Of a stretch of DNA of 64,000 nt, positions 58,331 to 64,000 are shown piece by piece. The stretch is from Anaerolineaceae bacterium. GTDB taxonomy: Bacteria; Chloroflexota; Anaerolineae; Anaerolineales; UBA11657. Where the stretch lies: NCBI GenBank assembly GCA_003569365.1, contig BGOS01000003.1, forward strand, positions 64,315 through 128,314. The letters run 5' to 3'. The position numbers and the translations under genes were made by a program. Within the stretch, counting starts at the first letter, position 1. Each line of letters begins with the position of its first letter. The notes beneath the pieces are model-generated. The model was not told where the DNA came from. It saw only the letters and a program-made list of their open reading frames with translations, and made no database searches.

Positions 58331-60763
58331 CTAAGGTTCGTAGAGCGTGGCGTAGACGGCTCTGTATTCGGTGATGCGCCGAATGTAGCGTTGCGTCTCG
58401 GTTGCCGTAGTCACTTCCAGAAAGAGGTCAGGATCGTCGCCTGCCAGATCGAGCCAGCGTCGGGCGTTGCCGGGTCCGGCGTTGTAAGCGGCTAGCATCG
58501 CGTACGGGTTGCCTTCAAAATTGCGGCGTTGTTCTGCAAGATAAAACGCGCCAAACGGAACATTGATAATCGGCCGGTTTAAGTCGCTCTCTATGTATCC
58601 CGGCCACGCGAGCTTGGTTGCAATATAGTCCCCAGTCGGTGGAATGATTTGCATTAAGCCCTGCGCAGCAGCTGAGGATGTTGCGGTGCTTGAAAACAAA
58701 CTTTCCTGGCGGATGAGCGCGGCCATAAGCAGCGGGTCAAGGTTTTCCTTGGCCGCAGCACTTGCGATCAAATCTTCATAGTACGGGCCGAAACGCAACA
58801 ATGTGAGAAAGCGCGGCGCTTCCAGCGGAGTTTGTTCGAAGCCGAGCGCATCAACACAATCACGCGCTGCGTAGATGCTGCCGTAAAAGTATCCCAGTTC
58901 GCGATAAGCGAGGGCAAGTTGGTAGGTAGCAAGCGCGTTGGTACGGACGGCCAAGCGCAAGCTGACTAATTCTGTGCGGGCTTCGTCCTCGAGGCCAAGC
59001 TGCCAAAGTGCTGATCCACGCTGCCAACGCCCGTCTGCGCGAAGAGGTTCGGCGAGTTCACGCAGGCCGGTTGTGGTGGACAAGCTCAGTTTCGCAGAAA
59101 GCCATTGCTCAAAATCATTTTGGGCGGCATCGAAATCCGTACGGAGTTCGGGTGTGCCAGTTTTAAGTAAAGGTGCGCTGCCGGCTTGCAATTGGCTAGC
59201 GCGTAGTCCGTAGTAATTGCGCGGGTCTGCTGCTGCAGCCGCGGCATAGTTGCTGAGTGCACTTTCTGTTTGGCCCAGTTTTGCGGAGGTCTTCCCTTGC
59301 CATAATTTTGCAGCCGCAATCTGTTCGGGGGTTGCGGTGGTGGCTGCAGCCGCTGCTGCGAATGCAGTTTGGGCTGATTCTGTTTCATCAAGGCGGTAGA
59401 GCATGATGCCAGCCTGAAAGCTGGCCGGGCTGGCAGTTGGCAGGTCCGGGTACTGGGCCGCGGAGCGCAACCAGATATCGGCAGCTTGGCGGAGGGTGCC
59501 CGCACTGGCACTGGCGCGCGCGGCACTGGCAAGCGCAGCCGCCCCGTCTGTTGGAGCTGGACCGGTTTCGACAAAGTCCAGGTAAGTTTGAACTGCAGCT
59601 TTTGGGTCGTCTCGATCATGCTGTTGAACCCGGGCGAGCTCCAGCCATGCCTTTGTGCGTTCTGCTGTAGGTGAGTTCAGTGCAATCAGACCGCGCAATA
59701 GTGGCTCGGCAGCATCTGGCTGGTCGAGCTGCGCGTATGAACGCGCAAGCAGGTACGTGGCCTCGGCTACGGGTTGCGGCGTGGCGCGAATGTAGTTTTC
59801 CAGTGCATCCACGGCGGGTTGGTACTTGCCGTTGTGGTAATCAACGCGCCCGCGCTGCAAATCATTGACTGTTGCACCACCGTCAAGCAGTGCAACCAAC
59901 GCAAGGTAAGCAGATGCCGTTTCGGGGTAATTGTCAATTGCGTGCTGGTAGAAAGATTGTGCCTTGGCCGTGGAGCCAGAGGCTGCGAATAACTGGCCGC
60001 GCAGTAAGTCTATTTTTGCACGCGTGAAGTCGCTCGCGGCAGCTTTGTCAGCGAGGTCATAAATTGCCGCTGCGTCGTCGGGTCGGCCGGATGCGAATAG
60101 CGCTCCGGCTCTGGCGATCAACAGGTGGTCCAGGGGTCCGGCTCGGTCTGCGAGAATGGCGCGGCCGTACGCGTCGGCAGCACCGGCTTGGTCGTCTGCA
60201 GCTGCGCGCAAATCGGCTATCAGTTCCCATACATATGAGGCCAGCACTGCTGGTTCCGAGTCCAGGTACTTGAGGTAGTAAGCTGCTGCATTTAAGGAAT
60301 CTCCGAGCGCAGCGTATGCATTTCCGATTTGTAAGTCACGGCTCGCGGTTTGTGCGGCGGGCGGGACTTCAGAGCTGACTTGTAGCAGCAAATCAAGCGC
60401 TGCTTGGTGCTGGCCCAGGTTTGAAAGTGCACGGGCATGTAAGGATTGTGCCCAAGCTTGGTCAGGAGAAAACGCATTTAGTAGTGCGGGGCTGCCAAGA
60501 ATTGCAATGGCTTGCAGCCAGTCACCGTTTCGAAGCTGGCGCGCACCATCGGCAATATTCTGTGAAGGTATGGCAGGTAAGCTTGCCGGCTGGGGTGCGG
60601 CCGGTGCTTCTGGTTTTGTGGTCGGTAACTGGGTGGCTAGTTCGTAGGTAACCGCCGGCGGGCGGCTAATTTCAGGTGCAGCGGTTGGCACGGTGGCTGC
60701 AAATTGTGCGCATGCGTTTGTAAATGCGAGCAGCACGCACGCAAGGATTTGTCTGAGTGTCAT
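58331..60763 (-). CDS. lytic murein transglycosylase (Slt70-like: helical/TPR superhelix + SLT domain), lipoprotein
   Basis: C-terminal SLT motifs (IRQESLFS, GLMQIIP, AAYNAGPGN). Preferred start MTLRQILACVLLAFTNAC at 60763; the tracked ORF extends to 60832. Confidence 0.85.
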   Translation of the reverse strand: MTLRQILACVLLAFTNACAQFAATVPTAAPEISRPPAVTYELATQLPTTKPEAPAAPQPASLPAIPSQNIADGARQLRNGDWLQAIAILGSPALLNAFSPDQAWAQSLHARALSNLGQHQAALDLLLQVSSEVPPAAQTASRDLQIGNAYAALGDSLNAAAYYLKYLDSEPAVLASYVWELIADLRAAADDQAGAADAYGRAILADRAGPLDHLLIARAGALFASGRPDDAAAIYDLADKAAASDFTRAKIDLLRGQLFAASGSTAKAQSFYQHAIDNYPETASAYLALVALLDGGATVNDLQRGRVDYHNGKYQPAVDALENYIRATPQPVAEATYLLARSYAQLDQPDAAEPLLRGLIALNSPTAERTKAWLELARVQQHDRDDPKAAVQTYLDFVETGPAPTDGAAALASAARASASAGTLRQAADIWLRSAAQYPDLPTASPASFQAGIMLYRLDETESAQTAFAAAAAATTATPEQIAAAKLWQGKTSAKLGQTESALSNYAAAAAADPRNYYGLRASQLQAGSAPLLKTGTPELRTDFDAAQNDFEQWLSAKLSLSTTTGLRELAEPLRADGRWQRGSALWQLGLEDEARTELVSLRLAVRTNALATYQLALAYRELGYFYGSIYAARDCVDALGFEQTPLEAPRFLTLLRFGPYYEDLIASAAAKENLDPLLMAALIRQESLFSSTATSSAAAQGLMQIIPPTGDYIATKLAWPGYIESDLNRPIINVPFGAFYLAEQRRNFEGNPYAMLAAYNAGPGNARRWLDLAGDDPDLFLEVTTATETQRYIRRITEYRAVYATLYEP

Positions 60764-60947
60764 TGTTTTTATGATAACATCTTGCTTGTGTTTTTTTGCA
60801 GTTGGTTCTTTCCGCATCGGTGCGGTCAACAATTCATAAGCGCTTGCGGCGAGAAGACAATGAAGTGTTTGGGCTGGTTGAATCTCTAGGGTGGTTTATT
60901 TATTACTTCTGGCCAGTGGGGCCCGGTATTGAGAGTTTGATAACCGA

Positions 60948-61757
60948 ATGAATTCTGTAACTGCGCCTAATAGTGACGTGCCAGTGATTTTGCTCGTTGG
61001 AGGCATGGGCACTCGGATGGGTGCTGATGCGGGCGAACTGCCTAAACACCTCGTGCCGGTGGGTGGGCGTCCCATCTTGTGGCATGTCATGCGGCTGTAT
61101 TCGCACTTCGGTTTCAACGAGTTTGTGTTTCCATTGGGCGCAAGGGGAGAAAGCTTCCGGCGTTACTTCTTGGAGTTTCGATCGCTAAACTTTCCATTGC
61201 AAGTAGAGCTTGGGACCGAGAACTCCAGCTCAGCCGATGCCGTTGGACCGGAAACTATGTGGAAGGTCAATCTCTTTGACGCGGGCTTGGCGACCAACAA
61301 GGGCTCTCGCGTACGCCAGGCTGCGGAACGCGGTGGGGCCGAGCGTTTCATGGTTACCTATGGCGATGGAATTGGGGATGTTGATATCGCGGCTTTGCTG
61401 GCTTTTCATCGCAAGCATGGACGTCTTGCTACGGTGACTGGTTACCAGCCACTTTCGCAGTACGGGATGCTGGACGTAAATAGCGAGGGTTTGGTGCAGG
61501 AGATGCGCGAGAAGCCGCGACTGCCGCAATGGATCAATTGCGGGTTTATGGTATTTGATCGGGCGGCGCTTAGTTACTTTGGGTCTGACAACGGAGTGGA
61601 TTTGGAGAAGGATGTTCTGCCGCGGCTGGTGGCAGACGGGCAACTTGTGATGTACCGGCACACTGGGTACTGGGCGTCAATGGATACGTTTAAGGATGCG
61701 CAAGTGCTCAGCGATGCGTGGGACGCTGGTGCGCCATGGAAACTTTGGGCAGAGTGA
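60948..61757 (+). CDS. rfbF: glucose-1-phosphate cytidylyltransferase
   Basis: 269 aa. Begins ILLVGGMGTRMG...LPKHLVPVGGRPILWHVMRLYSHFGFNEFVFPLG. Confidence 0.9.
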   Translation: MNSVTAPNSDVPVILLVGGMGTRMGADAGELPKHLVPVGGRPILWHVMRLYSHFGFNEFVFPLGARGESFRRYFLEFRSLNFPLQVELGTENSSSADAVGPETMWKVNLFDAGLATNKGSRVRQAAERGGAERFMVTYGDGIGDVDIAALLAFHRKHGRLATVTGYQPLSQYGMLDVNSEGLVQEMREKPRLPQWINCGFMVFDRAALSYFGSDNGVDLEKDVLPRLVADGQLVMYRHTGYWASMDTFKDAQVLSDAWDAGAPWKLWAE

Positions 61758-61769
61758 AAATAGATTGAT

Positions 61770-62761
61770 ATGAATAGCGATATGTGGCGCCAGCGGCGCG
61801 TATTAGTTACCGGATGCACCGGAGTGCTTGGCTCCTGGCTTGTGTTGCGCCTGTTGGAATTAGGCGCAGATGTGGTGGGCCTTGTGCGGGACTGGGTGCC
61901 GAGCAGCCAGCTTGTTCTGTCTGGTGCTGTGAACCGGATTGTCACCGTGCGGGGTGATGTCACTGACCCGCGCTAACCGAGCGAATTTTCAGTGAGTATG
62001 AGATCCAGACTTGCTTTCACCTTGCGGCGCAAACCACAGTTGGGATTGCAAACGAAGTTCCTGTGCCCACCTTTGAAACGAATATCCGTGGCACTTGGCT
62101 GATGCTCGAGGGGGCGCGGCGGTGGCATGGCCTCAAACAGATTGTGGTTGCGTCTAGCGACAAGGCATACGGCGAGCACGAGCAGCTGCCGTACACGGAG
62201 CAGGCTGCGCTGCAGGGTGCGCACCCGTATGATGTTTCAAAGACCTGTGCGGATGTATTGACGCGGGCGTATGCCCATACATATGGCATGGGGGCAGCGG
62301 TGACCCGCTGCGCGAATATGTTTGCCGGCGGAGACTTGAATTGGAATCGAGTTGTGCCGGGTACTATGCGCAGCTTATTGCAGGGCAAGCGGCCGGTTGT
62401 GCGCTCCGATGGTTCAATGCGCCGGGATTATTTGTATGTAAAGGATGTAGTGTCTGCTTATATCACGCTGGCCGAGGCGATGGAAGAAAAGCCGGGGGTG
62501 CACAACGGCATGGCCTACAACTTCGGGCAGGGTCAGCCGATTTCGGTGTTGGAGTTAATTGCATTGATGACTGAGCTATCTTCCCACCCTAGTCTTGAAC
62601 CAGTTGTTGAAAACATTGCCACGAACGAGATTCAGGATCAGTATCTTTCAAGTGAACTTGCGATTGAGCGGCTTGGGTGGCGGCCAAAATACACCTTGCG
62701 AGAGGGGCTCACTGAAACTATGGCGTGGTACCGGGCGTACCTTGAAGCGAGTTCCGCTTAG
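61770..62761 (+). pseudogene. rfbG: CDP-glucose 4,6-dehydratase, interrupted by a 1-nt frameshift at a C-run (61967-61969)
   Basis: The N-terminal ORF ([14 protein letters not shown]...[13 protein letters not shown]) ends at 61976. The next frame continues [22 protein letters not shown]...PTFETNIRGTW...YDVSK. One extra C would restore [13 protein letters not shown]. Confidence 0.85.
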
Positions 62762-62881
62762 GTGTTCAGCAAGTTGCTTGGCATCGGACTGCCGTGACTA
62801 AGCGATTGTCAATTGCTCTACGTTTGGTAGTTTTGATGTGTGTGGGCAGTTCTGAAAACGTCTATATAGGTTCATGATTTT

Positions 62882-64000
62882 ATGAATAATTCTAGTGAGG
62901 ACTTGCGAAGGCAAATTTTGGAGGGAGTTGCTCGCTACTACGATGCAGCCCACAGTGATCGGGAGTTCGTGCGCGGGAAGACGCGGGTGCAGTACGCGGG
63001 GCGCGTATATGACGAGCAGGAAATGGTGGGCATGGTTGATGCTGTGCTGGACTTTTGGCTTACGGCTGGTCCGCGCACGCAGGTGTTTGAGCGGGTGCTG
63101 GCTGAGTTTATCGGTACACGCGAAGTAATTCCGGTGAATTCAGGATCCTCTGCCAATCTGGTTGCGGTAACTACGCTGTGTTCGAAGCAGCTGCGCGGGC
63201 GGCGGCTGGAACCCGGTGACGAAGTGATTGTGCCGGCGACGTCCTTTCCAACGACGGTGGCGCCCATTGTTCAAAACCGGCTGCTGCCGGTATTGGTGGA
63301 TTGTTGCGTGGGCGATTACAACATTGACCCGGAGGCGATAGAGGCTGCGATATCGCCGCGCACGCGCGCGCTAATGTTTGCACATACTTTGGGCAATCCG
63401 GCAGATATGTCCAAAATTATGCCGCTTGTGAAAAAGCACAATTTGCTTTTGATTGAGGATACTGCGGACGCCCTTGGGTCCAAGTTTGATGGCCAGATGC
63501 TCGGAACCTTTGGTCAAATTGCGACGCTCAGTTTTTATCCGGCGCATCACATCACCATGGGGGAAGGTGGTGCAGTTTACACAACCAGCCGGCGCCTTGC
63601 AAAGATTGCGCGCACTGTGCGGGATTGGGGCCGGGATTGCTGGTGCGGGTATGACAATCCGACCGATGGCAAGTGCGGCATCCGTTTTGACCGCGAGATC
63701 GATGGTGTTGAGGGTCACTACGACCATCGTTACTATTACACTGAGATTGGGTACAACTTGAAGATCACCGATCCACAGGCTGCTATGGGCGTGGCGCAAC
63801 TTGCCAAACTTCCCGGCTTTGTTGCTGCTCGCAAGCGCAATTTCAAGTTTTTGTATGAGGCGCTTGGACGCTACTCCGAGTTTCTTGTGATGCCCGAATG
63901 GCACCCGTTGGCTGACCCGTCGTGGTTTGCGTTCCCGCTGAGTGTGCGGCCCGGTGCTCCCTTTGCACGGCGTGACATCACACGATTTCTCGAATATCGC
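62882..64000 (+). CDS. rfbH: CDP-6-deoxy-D-xylo-4-hexulose-3-dehydrase (E1, RfbH/DdhC; DegT/DnrJ/EryC1 family), 3' end outside window
   Basis: Hand translation from ATG 62882 gives MNNSSEDLRRQILEGVARYY... The protein has YPAHHITMGEGG (His in place of the PLP lysine, the E1 hallmark) and the Fe-S Cys context DCWCGYDNPTDGKCG. The frame is open to the window end. Confidence 0.9.
   Translation, partial: MNNSSEDLRRQILEGVARYYDAAHSDREFVRGKTRVQYAGRVYDEQEMVGMVDAVLDFWLTAGPRTQVFERVLAEFIGTREVIPVNSGSSANLVAVTTLCSKQLRGRRLEPGDEVIVPATSFPTTVAPIVQNRLLPVLVDCCVGDYNIDPEAIEAAISPRTRALMFAHTLGNPADMSKIMPLVKKHNLLLIEDTADALGSKFDGQMLGTFGQIATLSFYPAHHITMGEGGAVYTTSRRLAKIARTVRDWGRDCWCGYDNPTDGKCGIRFDREIDGVEGHYDHRYYYTEIGYNLKITDPQAAMGVAQLAKLPGFVAARKRNFKFLYEALGRYSEFLVMPEWHPLADPSWFAFPLSVRPGAPFARRDITRFLEYR

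Overview
Gene-dense, high-GC bacterial chromosomal segment with about 55 protein genes and one tRNA. Lineage cannot be fixed from sequence alone; lipobox binding proteins, a PgpH-YbeY cluster and MshA/mycoredoxin-like genes give a Terrabacteria/Chloroflexota-like flavour (low confidence). The standard code applies, since TGA is an ordinary stop (e.g. 4434..4436).

Layout:
- 1-13.1 kb: a Liv-type uptake system with two tandem binding-protein paralogs. Next to it is a cyclic imino-acid (hydroxyproline/pipecolate-type) catabolic island, including an atypical Fe-S-bearing sarcosine-oxidase-like complex.
- 13.4-19.9 kb: a MacB-type exporter and an ALDH7-like dehydrogenase.
- 20-32 kb: mixed genes, including a membrane HdrD-like Fe-S protein, DsbA, an MFS transporter overlapping a clear indoleamine-2,3-dioxygenase homolog, PCD, a class I aldolase, and HhH and 3D-domain proteins.
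- 32.4-36.4 kb: tRNA-Thr, then a visibly AT-richer 2.5-kb insertion carrying one large polytopic membrane protein. It is flanked by 85-bp direct repeats of the 3' end of a frameshifted cytochrome P450.
- 36.7-40.7 kb: mycoredoxin-like and MshA-like genes, LysE, an unknown protein, and a DsbA/FrnE-family gene. The first CxxC cysteine codon of that gene is TGA, followed by a SECIS-like hairpin.
- 40.7-60.8 kb: housekeeping genes (ligA, rlmI, plsC, ybeY, etfBA, ftsH, secG, slt).
- 60.9-64 kb: a lower-GC CDP-3,6-dideoxyhexose locus (rfbF, rfbG, rfbH).

Four genes are split by apparent 1-nt frameshifts, which may be real decay or assembly error. No CRISPR array, transposase or integrase was seen. 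The best candidate for something new is the possible selenocysteine-containing FrnE-like oxidoreductase. All functions are inferred by eye from motifs; no searches were run.
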